A stretch of DNA of 64,000 bases, taken from contig CAXXJS010000020.1 of the NCBI GenBank assembly GCA_963662665.2, forward strand, positions 166,510 through 230,509. Direction: 5' to 3'. This DNA is from Candidatus Latescibacterota bacterium (GTDB taxonomy: Bacteria; Latescibacterota; UBA2968; GCA-2709665). The notes beneath the pieces were generated by a model, which saw only the letters and a program-made list of their open reading frames with translations, searched no databases and had not been told where the DNA came from. A program made the position numbers and the translations under genes. Positions 10,601-19,915 of this stretch are shown here, one piece after another. How positions within the stretch are numbered: position 1 is the first letter of the stretch; every line of letters begins with the position of its first letter.

Positions 10601-10721
10601 GATCCCGGTCAAGCCATGGGTCTGCGTCGGCAAAGACACGCCCTGCGATTTTCTTTGCCGCCGGGTCCTCCGCCGCGCGTTTCCGGGCAAGTTGAATCTG
10701 TTCCGGGGTGTAGAGATTCAC
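7638..10721 (-). CDS. Heparinase II/III family polysaccharide lyase-like protein (about 1027 aa)
   Basis: ESSPSYN, HAHFDRLNVELFAYG...PDLGY, HATVVVD, YRRT and DCFRVAGG. GTG start at 10721 with AAGGAG RBS; no signal peptide. Confidence 0.8.
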   Translation of the reverse strand: MNLYTPEQIQLARKRAAEDPAAKKIAGRVFADADPWLDRDQDLIRRLMPSPDVPRSWTINFVSGCPVHGSGPNGYGGYAQGGWKHDPFKDKWRVTCAIGGESYPSNDFEAFYESGMEDRSLLTGPYADDGWGWQGADGPFRHWFIAYCCCSIWNAVMAGLTSLGQAYLLSGDGRYANKALVILDRLAEVYPHMDYSRQSMYALEFSPGYTGKMNDLISESGTVRRLCQALDAVRGAIPYDPVFGSDADGFRRKLDTGIIGASLDGIYRGHVRSNYGGHQEALLIAALASGDRNEIDRAVDWTLNNTGEATELKEMLTCFDGYVFRDKAAHAEGINFALDNLIFREGMGWESSPSYNSSWVTHLTVIARLLEKQGVRIWDRPKFRRMYRWAAEMTCLDRFTPCIGDAGTTIGGHVALGSDTLQAAYRATGDPFVGELLRRQETGVTGFECLLEETLALSPHENGAAELREMTTKSRLMGGCGLALLRSGRGRERTAVTLYYGRAATEHAHFDRLNVELFAYGKKLIPDLGYGEHAAEGDRPAIWTKNTVAHATVVVDQRRQDTQGPGRLEQFVCTSGLTWVQVDAPETYHHTSEYRRTVALIEIAKDARYVLDCFRVAGGAQHDYSLHGFESEFTADGIELTPPQQQGTLAGRDVPYGAIYDDDGLTDPLRKGRSYYTYRGGGYSYLYDVQHGSPASTWSSTWRDGKTGIGLNTTYLPSDEAIVAHGDPPRKPGNPKQLTYVLLRNGGDGVASRFVAVHEPFKGSKKIHAIEQLDAEDDSLTLKVKHQYGEDTIRHAPGPSGGSLGIVRNDADGNLVYLHLSGPGSIGADGRTLSIPGTLHGHIAEIDPESSSIVVERDRGSQAFRRAGLKGEVARIGNARRGTAYNITAVEGRGGRYRIRFGTDSFRIGRFVITGRNPDGTGLSTKTNLYMGAQGYYRGAWLTDKDHTLWLPVDDVDLAPHRPGARRDAGIRLVGRHDLSARFKVGEIGYLYDIGPGDSVAVTPTATAFRQSDGRFRIRGNCRAVLD

Positions 10722-11215
10722 CTGAACTCCTTGTCGTGTGTGACATCTGGCGCGGACGTTGCGTGCAGCTTCATGGAGCGGGCGTCTGCGCATCCTGGGC
10801 ATCGATGTGGCGCTGATCTTCGGCTCAACAGTATTTCAATAGCGAGGTGAATTCGCAAGCGTAATTTCGACCGCCGGGATGAAATGCGGCAGGCGCGCGG
10901 TGGATCACTGTTCGGCCCGGCGAGAACGGGTGATTCCCCCGCCGGACGGCGCCATCCTGCGCGACGTCGATGCCGGGGACGGCGCGGAAACGGGATGTGT
11001 CGAACTTCATTCGCGCGCCCCTTGCCGTAGCGCTTGACGGTTGGCCCCATATTTGATAAATAGTCAGTGTTCTCCGGAGGATTTGTCGCTTCGGCACAGC
11101 TTCAACGCGTCAGCAAGAAACCTGGTATTCAGGCGACAATTCACAGGGTCGATCCCGGTCTTGGTTTCCAGGAGGACCTGGCATACTCAACAGCACGCAT
11201 TCGAGGGAAACGTGT

Positions 11216-12157
11216 ATGGAATACCGCACGCTCGGACGAACCGGACTTCGCGTTTCCGTCCTGGGCATCGGTACGGGCGGCCCGAGCCAGTTCGGACAGA
11301 ATTCGGGCGTACCCGAGACCGATGTCAGCCGGATGGTGCGCAGGGCGTTGGCGCTGGGCGTCAATTTTTTCGATACCGCCTCGGGGTACGGGGAGAGCGA
11401 AGCCATTCTCGGCAGGGCATTGACTGGCGTGCCGCGGGAGGAATACGTGCTGGCAACCAAGGTGCAGGTGGCGCGGGATGAATGGACCTCCACACCCGGG
11501 GAAGTGGCTGCCTCCGTGGAGCGGAGTCTTGCACGCCTCAAGGTCGACGTCATCGACATTATGCAGTTCCACGGCGTCAAGCCGGAAGACTATGCCCGCA
11601 CTATGGAAATTTTCCTGCCCGTGATGTCACGGCTCCGGGAGCAGGGCAAATTCCGCTTTCTCGGCGTATCGGAGACATATTCCCAGGATTTCCGACACGA
11701 GATGTTTCCCAGGGCGCTTGCCGACGACCATTTTGACACCGCTATGGTCGGGTACAACATGATCAGCCCCACGGCGGAGCATCGCGTCCTGCCGATGTGC
11801 CTCGAAAGGAACGTGGGTGTGATCTGCATGGTGGCGGTACGCCGGGCGCTGAGCAGGCCGGAGGTGCTGGCTGAGCGCATCGCCTATGCAAAGGAGAAGG
11901 GCCTGATTGAACGGGATTCCGTGCCCCACCACGATCCCCTGGGCTGGCTGGTGAAGGGGCATGTGACTTCGCTGCCGGCTGCCGCCTACAAATACGTGGC
12001 GTCGCATCCGGCGATGGGCACGGTTCTTACCGGTACGGCGAACGTCGAACACCTGGAGTCAAACGTGAAAGCCATTCTCGGTCCGCCTCTGCCGGAGGAA
12101 GACATGGCGCGGCTGAGGGGTATCTTCGGCGCTGCGTGGGAGCCCCTGGGGAATTGA
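11216..12157 (+). CDS. Aldo/keto reductase
   Basis: MEYRTLGRTGLRVSVLG, FFDTASGYG, SLARLKVDVID and GTANVEHLESN. Confidence 0.92.
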   Translation: MEYRTLGRTGLRVSVLGIGTGGPSQFGQNSGVPETDVSRMVRRALALGVNFFDTASGYGESEAILGRALTGVPREEYVLATKVQVARDEWTSTPGEVAASVERSLARLKVDVIDIMQFHGVKPEDYARTMEIFLPVMSRLREQGKFRFLGVSETYSQDFRHEMFPRALADDHFDTAMVGYNMISPTAEHRVLPMCLERNVGVICMVAVRRALSRPEVLAERIAYAKEKGLIERDSVPHHDPLGWLVKGHVTSLPAAAYKYVASHPAMGTVLTGTANVEHLESNVKAILGPPLPEEDMARLRGIFGAAWEPLGN

Positions 12158-12308
12158 CGCTGAAAGAGGCGGGAAGAAGGAAGAAGGTAGAATGAAGAGG
12201 GCCGCACCGCACACTACCGGGCTCGCGTTCCACTAAACGATTCACTTCTGTATGAACATTGCTGGAATCCGATTGCAGACGAACCACCCGTCAAACCGGA
12301 GATCCGAT

Positions 12309-13373
12309 GTGACTCTGATCGACGCGGACGTCCACAATTACCCCGATTCAATGGACGAACTCACGCCCTATCTGTCGAAGCGGTGGCAGGCGTACGTAAA
12401 GCAGTCGGGGTTTACAATACCTTCCGTGTCGATGTATCCAAAGCTCTATGCCCAGGCCGCCCGCCGCGACGCGTGGCCTTCAAGCGGCAAGCGGCCCGGC
12501 GCCGACGCCGAATTTGCCAGGGAGCAGTTGCTGGACGCCTGGGGTATCGGCTTTGCGGTCCTCAACCCGCTGGTCGCCGTGTCGGCCGTGCGCAATATCG
12601 ATCTCGCCAACGCGCTACAGCGTGCCGTCAACGAATGGACCCGTGAGGCCTGGCTGGACGCCGACCGCAGGTGGCGCGGCTCGATCGTCGTCAATATCCA
12701 GGATGCGGATGCGGCCGCTTCAGAGATCGAGCGCCTCGCCACCGACCGGCGCTTTGTCCAGGTATTGCTGCTGGTGCGCTCGTACGCACCCTATGGCCGC
12801 CGTGAATTCAGGCCTATTTTTCGCGCCGCTGCTGCGGCCGACCTGCCCGTGGGCATTCATTTTGGCGGTGGCGGCAACCCGATTACGGCCAGCGGATGGC
12901 CGTCCTATTATATCGAGGATCACACGGGAATGTCGCAGGCCTTCGAGGCCCAGGTCATCAGCCTGGTATGCGAGGGTGTTTTCGAGGAATTTCCGTCGGC
13001 CCGCGTCGCCCTCATCGAGGGCGGATTTGCGTGGCTGCCGGCCCTGATGTGGCGGCTGGACAAGAACTACCGTGGTCTGCGCGGCGAAGTACCGTGGCTT
13101 CGCAGGCTGCCCAGCGAATACATCCTGGATCACTTCCGCGCGACGACACAGCCCATGGAAGAACCGGCCGACCCCCGGCACCTGCTCGCCGTCCTGGAGA
13201 TGATCGGGCGCGACGACTTTCTCATGTTCGCCACCGACTACCCGCACTGGGACTTCGACGCGCCCGACCGGGCCCTCCCGCGGGTGATCAAGGGCGCTCT
13301 CAGGCAGCGCATCCTGGCCGCAAACGCGGCGGCTTTCTATGGCCTCGAAAACAATCGACATCGGGTCAGTTGA
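12309..13373 (+). CDS. Amidohydrolase-2 fold protein, probably an amidohydrolase-related dinuclear oxygenase (AibH/PtmU3-like)
   Basis: [20 protein letters not shown] and [11 protein letters not shown]; GTG start with GGAGA RBS; overlaps a Rieske gene. Confidence 0.75.
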   Translation: MTLIDADVHNYPDSMDELTPYLSKRWQAYVKQSGFTIPSVSMYPKLYAQAARRDAWPSSGKRPGADAEFAREQLLDAWGIGFAVLNPLVAVSAVRNIDLANALQRAVNEWTREAWLDADRRWRGSIVVNIQDADAAASEIERLATDRRFVQVLLLVRSYAPYGRREFRPIFRAAAAADLPVGIHFGGGGNPITASGWPSYYIEDHTGMSQAFEAQVISLVCEGVFEEFPSARVALIEGGFAWLPALMWRLDKNYRGLRGEVPWLRRLPSEYILDHFRATTQPMEEPADPRHLLAVLEMIGRDDFLMFATDYPHWDFDAPDRALPRVIKGALRQRILAANAAAFYGLENNRHRVS

Positions 13374-13704
13374 CGACTTTGAGGCTGGCCGGCCGCGACG
13401 GGTCGAAGCGGGAGGACGGGCGCTGATGGTGGTGCGGCGCGACCGGAGGTTCTTCGCGCTGCGCGATAACTGTCCTCACCAGGGCGCCCCGTTGTCCGCC
13501 GGAAAGGTGGACGGTACGCCCCTTCCGTGTCGTCCCGGCGATGAGATCTCCTTCGGACGCGTGGGCGAGATCCTGACCTGCCCCTGGCACGGGTGGCAGT
13601 TCGACGTGGCCACCGGCCGCGCCCTGATCGAGCCCGATCGATTCCGGGTGCGGGTGTATCCCGTCCGCGTTTCGGGCGGCCGCGTGGTCGTGCAGATGGA
13701 TTGA
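13339..13704 (+). CDS. Rieske [2Fe-2S] ferredoxin
   Basis: CPHQGAPL and CPWHGWQFD Rieske motifs. Confidence 0.92.
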   Translation: MASKTIDIGSVDDFEAGRPRRVEAGGRALMVVRRDRRFFALRDNCPHQGAPLSAGKVDGTPLPCRPGDEISFGRVGEILTCPWHGWQFDVATGRALIEPDRFRVRVYPVRVSGGRVVVQMD

Positions 13705-13969
13705 GCTTCCCCCCTTCCGCGTGTCCTCGGCCTCGCCCGCGCTTCATGGCCTTGGCGTTCATCGTGCCGGACGCGCGAACGACAATTCCCCGATCGGAGC
13801 CAGTGTTCTGTCCCGGAAATAAGTTGCCCAAATTCGACCGCCGAGTTGCCCGGCTCGCAAGGCGCCGGAGCGCAGGCGACCTGCGTAAGGTCGGCGAGCG
13901 AGGGGAACGTAGCGAGACGGGATGAATCGGCAGTCGAATGGTGAGGAATTTTAGGGACAGGACACAGAG

Positions 13970-15178
13970 TTGATCCGGATCAGCAATCCGTTTTCCGAAT
14001 GGAACCGGGACTTCAAACTGCTGGGCGCTGCTGCCTTTTCCGTGGGCGTGTTTTTCGGCGTGCAACTCACGTTGTACAACAATTTCGCTGTGGATCGCCT
14101 GGGCATTAAGCCGCACGAACTCGGATACGTGGAGGCCCTGCGCGAGACGTCGGGATTCATGAACGCGTTTTTCGTCGCGCTCATGATGCGCCTGGCGCCG
14201 CCGGTCGTCGCGGGCGCCTCCCTTGTCGTGATGGGCGCCGGGCTTGCCGCGTACGCGGGGGTGAATACGATTTTTTCCCTCGCGGTATATTCGGCGCTGT
14301 GGGGTATCGGGTTCCACTGCTGGATTCCCATGGAGCAATCCATGGCGCTGCGGTTTTCGCCCGAGGGACAGAAGGGCAAATGGCTGGGGCAGTTGCGCAG
14401 CGTTCACGCCTTTGCGTGGCTGCTGACCATCGGGGCCTGCAATCTGATCTTCCACTTGATCCGCTACGATTGGCTGTTCGTGGGCGCCGGAGCGATTACT
14501 GTGCTGGGCGGGCTGACGATTTTCTTTGCCAGCAGAAAACGCCCGGAAGTGAGGGAGAAGAATTTCGTACTCCGGCGGCGCTACGGTCTGTATTATGCGT
14601 TGAATTTTCTGCAGGGCTGCCGGAAGCAGATGTTTATCACGTTCGCCATCTTCGCGCTGGTTAAAGTCCACGGGATGCAGGTGGAAACGACGATGGCGCT
14701 GGTACTGATCAATCAGACGCTGATTACACTGACGGCCCCGTTGATGGGCCGGTTGGTAGACAGGCATGGAGAACGGGCCGTACTCAGCTGGAGCTATATC
14801 GGGCTGTCGCTTGTCTTTTTCGGATACGGCGCGATTCAGCACCGCCCGACCCTGTACGTCCTCTACTGTGTCGACAATCTAATTTTCTTCGGGGGTATTG
14901 CGCTGACGACGTACCTGCACAAGATCGCGCCCCAGGAGGACCTGAAACCGACGCTTTCCATGGGCGTGACAATGAACCACTTTGCCGCGGTGGCGGCGCC
15001 GCTGGCGGGCGGGTTGGTCTGGCGGTACTTCGGCTACCAGGTGATCTTTTTCAGCGGCGCGGCAATGGCCCTGATTTCCCTGCTCGTGAGCCAGTGGGTG
15101 GATCCGGAGGGCATGCTGCGGCGCGAGCGGGAGGCGGTCGCGTTGGCGGACTGCTATTCGCCGTCCCGCGGCAGATGA
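13970..15178 (+). CDS. MFS transporter
   Basis: About 12 hydrophobic segments and GRLVDRHGER (MFS motif A variant). The TTG start is uncertain. Confidence 0.85.
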   Translation: MIRISNPFSEWNRDFKLLGAAAFSVGVFFGVQLTLYNNFAVDRLGIKPHELGYVEALRETSGFMNAFFVALMMRLAPPVVAGASLVVMGAGLAAYAGVNTIFSLAVYSALWGIGFHCWIPMEQSMALRFSPEGQKGKWLGQLRSVHAFAWLLTIGACNLIFHLIRYDWLFVGAGAITVLGGLTIFFASRKRPEVREKNFVLRRRYGLYYALNFLQGCRKQMFITFAIFALVKVHGMQVETTMALVLINQTLITLTAPLMGRLVDRHGERAVLSWSYIGLSLVFFGYGAIQHRPTLYVLYCVDNLIFFGGIALTTYLHKIAPQEDLKPTLSMGVTMNHFAAVAAPLAGGLVWRYFGYQVIFFSGAAMALISLLVSQWVDPEGMLRREREAVALADCYSPSRGR

Positions 15179-15292
15179 GGAAAGGCAGGTCCGTCGCTGT
15201 CGGGCGCAGGAATGGACGAAAGACGAACAGGATTCTGTATTGGCAGCGTTTTTCGCGGTTAACGGCCGGTTTCTTCGGATTTGGAGGGTATG

Positions 15293-16246
15293 ATGGAATT
15301 TCGACAACTTGGAAAAACCGGAATTCGGGTTTCGGAGGTGGGATTGGGCTGCTGGCCCATCGGCGGAGCTTCGTTCAGGGGGGGGAGTCCAACCGGATGG
15401 TCCGGCGTGGACGTGATGGAGTCGGTCGAAACCGTCCGCCGCTCGTGGGAGCGGGGCGTAACATTCTACGATACCGCGGACGCGTACGGTCGGGGGAAGA
15501 GCGAAGTGCTGGTGGGTCTGGGACTTTACGAAAACAAGAACGAGGCCGTGATATGCACCAAGGTCGGGATGAGTCTGGCGGCGCCGGGCCAGGACTTCTC
15601 TGAGCCGTATATCCTGGGCGCGCTGGACGCGAGTCTCACCCGCCTCGAGCGCGATTACGTGGATCTCTATTTGCTGCACGGTCCTCCCCTGGAGGGGATG
15701 ACGGACACGTTGTTCGGACTGATGAACGACTTGAAGGGATCGGGCAAGATTCGCGCGTGGGGCGTGTCGATCAGTCCGGTGGAGACGTCCGACAGGGTTG
15801 TGGAGGAAGGACTGCGCGCCATGGAAGGAGGAGCCGAGGCCATCCAGCTGGTGTACAATATCCTGCAGCAGAAGGAGGGCGACGCGCTGTTCCCCGCGGC
15901 AATGGAAAATGGCGTTGGGATGATCGCACGTGTTCCGCTGGCTTCGGGCTGGCTGACGGGGAAATACAACGCGCAAACGGTGTTTCCCGCAAACGATCTG
16001 CGAAGTCTCAGATACACGCCCGAAAGGGTGCGAGAGACGGCCGAGTTGGTCGCGAAGCTGGAATTTCTGCTGGAGGAGGCGGATTCGATGGTCGAAGCGG
16101 CACTGGGGTTCGTGCTCTCCAATCCGGCGGTTTCCACCGTCATTCCCGGCGCGAAGACGCCCGCGCAACTTACAGGTATCGTCAATGCGGCCGGGATGAC
16201 GCTTTCCCGCAACTCCATGGAAAGGATCCGGGAACTGTTCGGCTGA
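15293..16246 (+). CDS. Aldo/keto reductase
   Basis: MEFRQLGKTGIRVSEVGLG, FYDTADAYG, DYVDLYLLHGP, RVPLASG and VIPGAK. Confidence 0.92.
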   Translation: MEFRQLGKTGIRVSEVGLGCWPIGGASFRGGSPTGWSGVDVMESVETVRRSWERGVTFYDTADAYGRGKSEVLVGLGLYENKNEAVICTKVGMSLAAPGQDFSEPYILGALDASLTRLERDYVDLYLLHGPPLEGMTDTLFGLMNDLKGSGKIRAWGVSISPVETSDRVVEEGLRAMEGGAEAIQLVYNILQQKEGDALFPAAMENGVGMIARVPLASGWLTGKYNAQTVFPANDLRSLRYTPERVRETAELVAKLEFLLEEADSMVEAALGFVLSNPAVSTVIPGAKTPAQLTGIVNAAGMTLSRNSMERIRELFG

Positions 16247-16375
16247 ACGCGGGCTGCCGGCACATGACCGGGAAGTAAAGCCGGATTCGCAACGAGGACG
16301 TTTCGAAAGAACCCCGGTTTCGATCAGGGGGCACGGACGGGGAATACGATCCGATAATCGGATGGAGGTTTCTTT

Positions 16376-17359
16376 ATGGTCGGATTCGCGGTGGTTGGCC
16401 TGGGCATGGGACGCAATCGGTCCAGGATGATACAGGACACGGATGGAGCGGAATTGAAAGTGGTGGTGGATCTGAACGAAACGCGGCTTAAGGAGGTGAG
16501 TTCGGACCTGGGCGTGGAGGGGACAACGGACCTGGAGGCGGCGTTGAGTCGTAATGACGTGGACGTGGTGATGGTGATGACGCCCAGCGGGACCCACGCC
16601 GACGTGGGAATTCAGGCTGCACGGGCGGGCAAACACGTGATTACGACCAAGCCCATGGACGTGTCTACCGCGGCGTGCGATCGCTTGATCGCGGCGTGCA
16701 ACCAGGCCGGCGTACTCTGTGGCGTAGACTACAACAGCCGTTACGTCGACAACAACTGTCGGGTGGCCGAGGCGCTGCGGCAGGGGTGGCTGGGCAAGCC
16801 TATTCTCGGCGAAGTGCGATTCAAATGGTTCCGGGCGCCGTCATACTTCGAGGCAAGCGGAGGATGGCGCGGGACATGGAAAATGGACGGCGGCGGATCG
16901 CTGGCCAATCAGGGGGCACATCTGCTGGACGTGCTGTGCTGGTTTATGGGCGACGCGGTTTCCGTCTATGGCGAAATGGCGATCATGAATCACGACATCG
17001 AAACAGAGGATATCGGGTTGGCGATCGTGAATTTTAAGAGTGGTGCAAAAGGCACGGTTGTCGGAACCACCACCTTTCCAACGAGTGCCTATTTCAGCGC
17101 CGAAGTTCATGGGACGGACGGCGGGGTGCTGATCGACGACGTGCTCAGCGGGAATATGCGTGTATTCGGCGAGGGTCTTCAGGAGAGGATGGCGGCAGTG
17201 CAGAACCCCTATCAGAATGTCGTGGAGGACGTGGTCAGCGCGGTGGAGAAGAATACCCCGCTCCGCGTCGATGGGAGGGAGGGCCGCCGGACGGTGGCGT
17301 TACTGGAGGCTATCTATGCTTCCGCCCGGGAGGGCCGGCCGCTTAAGGCAGTCCGTTGA
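16376..17359 (+). CDS. Gfo/Idh/MocA family oxidoreductase
   Basis: VGLGMG, TPSGTH, TKPM and WRGTWKMDGGGSLANQGAH. Confidence 0.9.
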   Translation: MVGFAVVGLGMGRNRSRMIQDTDGAELKVVVDLNETRLKEVSSDLGVEGTTDLEAALSRNDVDVVMVMTPSGTHADVGIQAARAGKHVITTKPMDVSTAACDRLIAACNQAGVLCGVDYNSRYVDNNCRVAEALRQGWLGKPILGEVRFKWFRAPSYFEASGGWRGTWKMDGGGSLANQGAHLLDVLCWFMGDAVSVYGEMAIMNHDIETEDIGLAIVNFKSGAKGTVVGTTTFPTSAYFSAEVHGTDGGVLIDDVLSGNMRVFGEGLQERMAAVQNPYQNVVEDVVSAVEKNTPLRVDGREGRRTVALLEAIYASAREGRPLKAVR

Positions 17360-17436
17360 AAAAGTGCCGCTGCAGGCATTCCAGTCGTGTCGCGCCCCGG
17401 GAAATCGAGCTCCGTGACCCGCTGCGCGCCCGCTGC

Positions 17437-17781
17437 CTACCCGTGGTCGTGATCCTCGTGAGAATCCGAGGCGTATTCCAGTGTCTTTGCCGCCAGTTGT
17501 TCACGGGCGATAAGGCCCTTTTCGATGGCCAATTCCTCAAGTGAAGCCACCCATCGGGCATAGTAACCCGACGGGTCGTCTTCCTTGTCCGACGCGGCAA
17601 TCCTGGAAGCCAGCGCCGCACTGAAATCGCGCCATTTGTACGCCCCCTTCTCACAAAGCGCCACTGCCAGACCAAAGGCGCGCGCTTCCCAGGGGGCGTG
17701 GAAAAGCAGTTCTCCGTTTTCCCGGGGCAGCGCAAACTCCATTTCCGCGTCTGCGATTTTCCGGTCGATGCCGCGGTTCAT
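17437..17781 (-). CDS. Nitrile hydratase accessory/activator protein (P14K-like)
   Basis: LPRENGELLFHAPWEARAFGLAV, YYARWVASLEEL and a His/Asp tail (DSHEDHDHG); directly downstream of nthA. Confidence 0.9.
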   Translation of the reverse strand: MNRGIDRKIADAEMEFALPRENGELLFHAPWEARAFGLAVALCEKGAYKWRDFSAALASRIAASDKEDDPSGYYARWVASLEELAIEKGLIAREQLAAKTLEYASDSHEDHDHG

Positions 17782-17788
17782 TTCCGTA

Positions 17789-18397
17789 TCACCTTTCCGG
17801 GGGTTCTATTCTGGCCACGCCAATCATTGCGTCGCGCGTCACCAGCGGGACGAGCGCCTCTTCCGTATAGTCTTCCGTGCCGTCGGGCCGTTCCGGCAGT
17901 ACCATATATCGGAGGTCCGAATTGCTGTCCCACACGCGGACCTCTACCGAATCCGGCAGATGAAGGTCGAATTCCCGCAGCACGGCCCGGGGTTCCCGCA
18001 CGAGGCGTGAGCGATAGGCGTAGGATTTGTACCAGCCGGGCGGCAGGCCGAGTACGGGCCAGGGGTAGCAGGAACAGAGTGTGCAGACGACAACGTGGTG
18101 GACCCTTGACGTGTTTTCCAGAACGACGATTTCGGCGCCCTCCCTGCCGACGAAACCCAGTTCGGCAATCGCCGCCGTGCCATTTTCCAGCAGTCGGCCT
18201 TTATAGTCGGGGTCCGTCCAGGCACGGGCGACCACCCTGGCGCCGTTGAGCGGCCCAACGTCTTTCTCGTACCTGTCTACGACGCTGTCTATGATTTCGG
18301 TCGTCAGCAACCCTTTCTCAACCAGGAGCGATTCGAGCGCCCGGGTGCGAAGGGCCGCGTCGGACTCGCTCAGGTCGGGCTTTCCATTTCCGGTCAT
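17789..18397 (-). CDS. nthA: Cobalt-type nitrile hydratase alpha subunit
   Basis: [17 protein letters not shown] metal-binding motif (Thr/Tyr signature of the Co type) and [12 protein letters not shown]. Confidence 0.97.
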   Translation of the reverse strand: MTGNGKPDLSESDAALRTRALESLLVEKGLLTTEIIDSVVDRYEKDVGPLNGARVVARAWTDPDYKGRLLENGTAAIAELGFVGREGAEIVVLENTSRVHHVVVCTLCSCYPWPVLGLPPGWYKSYAYRSRLVREPRAVLREFDLHLPDSVEVRVWDSNSDLRYMVLPERPDGTEDYTEEALVPLVTRDAMIGVARIEPPER

Positions 18398-18427
18398 GGC
18401 AGCCGATCCTCTCTATTCTGATTGTGA

Positions 18428-19099
18428 TTACGCTGTTTCCAGGTAGCCTTCCCACATATCCAGATACACGGCATCGTCGGCTTCGGCCGACGCCCCCCAC
18501 AATTCACGGGATTCGAAGCGGACGGCATATAGCGGTTGGTCGCGGCGGGCGCACCCGTCGGGCATTACGGCGTCCTGTAACTTGTGGATTCCGTAGAAGC
18601 GTGCGACGAAACCGGCTTTGCCCCTGACGTACCGGGGAAGCCGGGTGTGCCCCTCGGGGTGGATGACGCGCGCCCTTACCCGGTCGCCCTTTTCAAACTG
18701 CGGCTGGATATCCCCTTGCGAACCGGGCAGCGAATCGGGTCCCGGGCCTGCGAGTCCCGCCCGGACGACATCCGGATCGGGGTGGACAGGGGTCACGGCG
18801 TCCGGACTGTTTCGGAACAAGGACATTCTCTTCTCCAGTTCCTCCGGCGTCAGCACACCGGCATCGATCAGGCCCTTGATCCTGGAATGCAGCCATTTTT
18901 CATAGTAGGAGGAAGACAGGTAGAATGCCGGATCCAGGTTCTCGATATTGTTGCGTGAACCTCCGGGGACGGGCACGGGCGTGGCTGCGGCAATGCCCAG
19001 CACGCGCCTTTCCCAACGATGGTGAAATATCGGTTCGTTTTCTTCGCGAACGATAGGGCCGAATCCGTGCATGCCGCCCATGTCGTGTATGCCGTCCAT
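18428..19099 (-). CDS. nthB: Nitrile hydratase beta subunit
   Basis: MDGIHDMGGMHGFGP, SYYEKW, GHTRLPRYVRGK and ELWG...DMWEGYLE. Confidence 0.96.
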   Translation of the reverse strand: MDGIHDMGGMHGFGPIVREENEPIFHHRWERRVLGIAAATPVPVPGGSRNNIENLDPAFYLSSSYYEKWLHSRIKGLIDAGVLTPEELEKRMSLFRNSPDAVTPVHPDPDVVRAGLAGPGPDSLPGSQGDIQPQFEKGDRVRARVIHPEGHTRLPRYVRGKAGFVARFYGIHKLQDAVMPDGCARRDQPLYAVRFESRELWGASAEADDAVYLDMWEGYLETA

Positions 19100-19190
19100 A
19101 TTTCGCTCCTGTGGATTCGTGCGGGCCGTGCGCCCGATTCGGCGGGTCCTGCGGACGTTTCAACCTGCGGAGGGCTGATCGGCTGATCAA

Positions 19191-19901
19191 TCAGGTTCTT
19201 CGCGCGTCGTTCCCGTCATAGACGGTATCGCCGCGGACCCGAATGCGTTTGGGGTTTGGCGCGTCGGCCAGTTCATCCACGCTGTGGTATCCGATGGTCA
19301 TGCTCATGCGGGTGCTGTCCGTACGGTTCTGACCAATGCCATGCATAACCATGCTGTCTATTACCAGCATGCCGCCGGCGGGCATGGGCGCGACCAACGC
19401 CTGCGTGAGTATGGATTGGGTCCACCCCTGTCCGTAAAGGCGACCTTCGATGCCGGGAAAATGGTGGGAGCCGGGCACGAGAAGCGTGGCGCCGTTTTCG
19501 GCCGTCGTCTCTTCCAGGTAGAAGATGACGGAAAAGATCGTCCGGGACCATTGTCTGACGTCCCGGTGGAATCCGTCCGCCCCGGTCTCTACCGACGTAT
19601 TCAGCGTTGCATGGTTGTGCCGGTTCTTGACGAGTTCAATATTGGGCCCCATCAGGCTCTCCAACGGATCGAGTACTCTGGAACTGGAGGCCGTCTCAAG
19701 GAAGATCGGGTCCCGGTCCACCAGATCCGATATTCTGACCACGCGCCCCTCTTTATTCCGCACCACCGGTTCGACTTCCGCCTCGATGTCTGCCAGAACG
19801 GCCCGTCGAAGTTTCCCAACGGTGTTTTCCGGAATGCGATCCGGCAGTTTCAGGAAGCCGTTGTGGCGAAACAGGTGTACCTGTTCGGGTGAGAGCGACA
19901 T
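19191..19901 (-). CDS. PhyH-family Fe(II)/2-oxoglutarate dioxygenase (canonical HxD)
   Basis: FHRD, FYLEETTAENGATLLVPGSH, distal His in MHGIGQN, and 2OG-binding Arg. Confidence 0.9.
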   Translation of the reverse strand: MSLSPEQVHLFRHNGFLKLPDRIPENTVGKLRRAVLADIEAEVEPVVRNKEGRVVRISDLVDRDPIFLETASSSRVLDPLESLMGPNIELVKNRHNHATLNTSVETGADGFHRDVRQWSRTIFSVIFYLEETTAENGATLLVPGSHHFPGIEGRLYGQGWTQSILTQALVAPMPAGGMLVIDSMVMHGIGQNRTDSTRMSMTIGYHSVDELADAPNPKRIRVRGDTVYDGNDARRT

Positions 19902-19915
19902 TGGCCGTGATCCTT

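Noticed and set aside
10825-11097. Small minus-strand ORF upstream of the heparinase-like gene
   Set aside because: No recognisable motif and a weak RBS; it lies in a divergent promoter region, so it cannot be supported.
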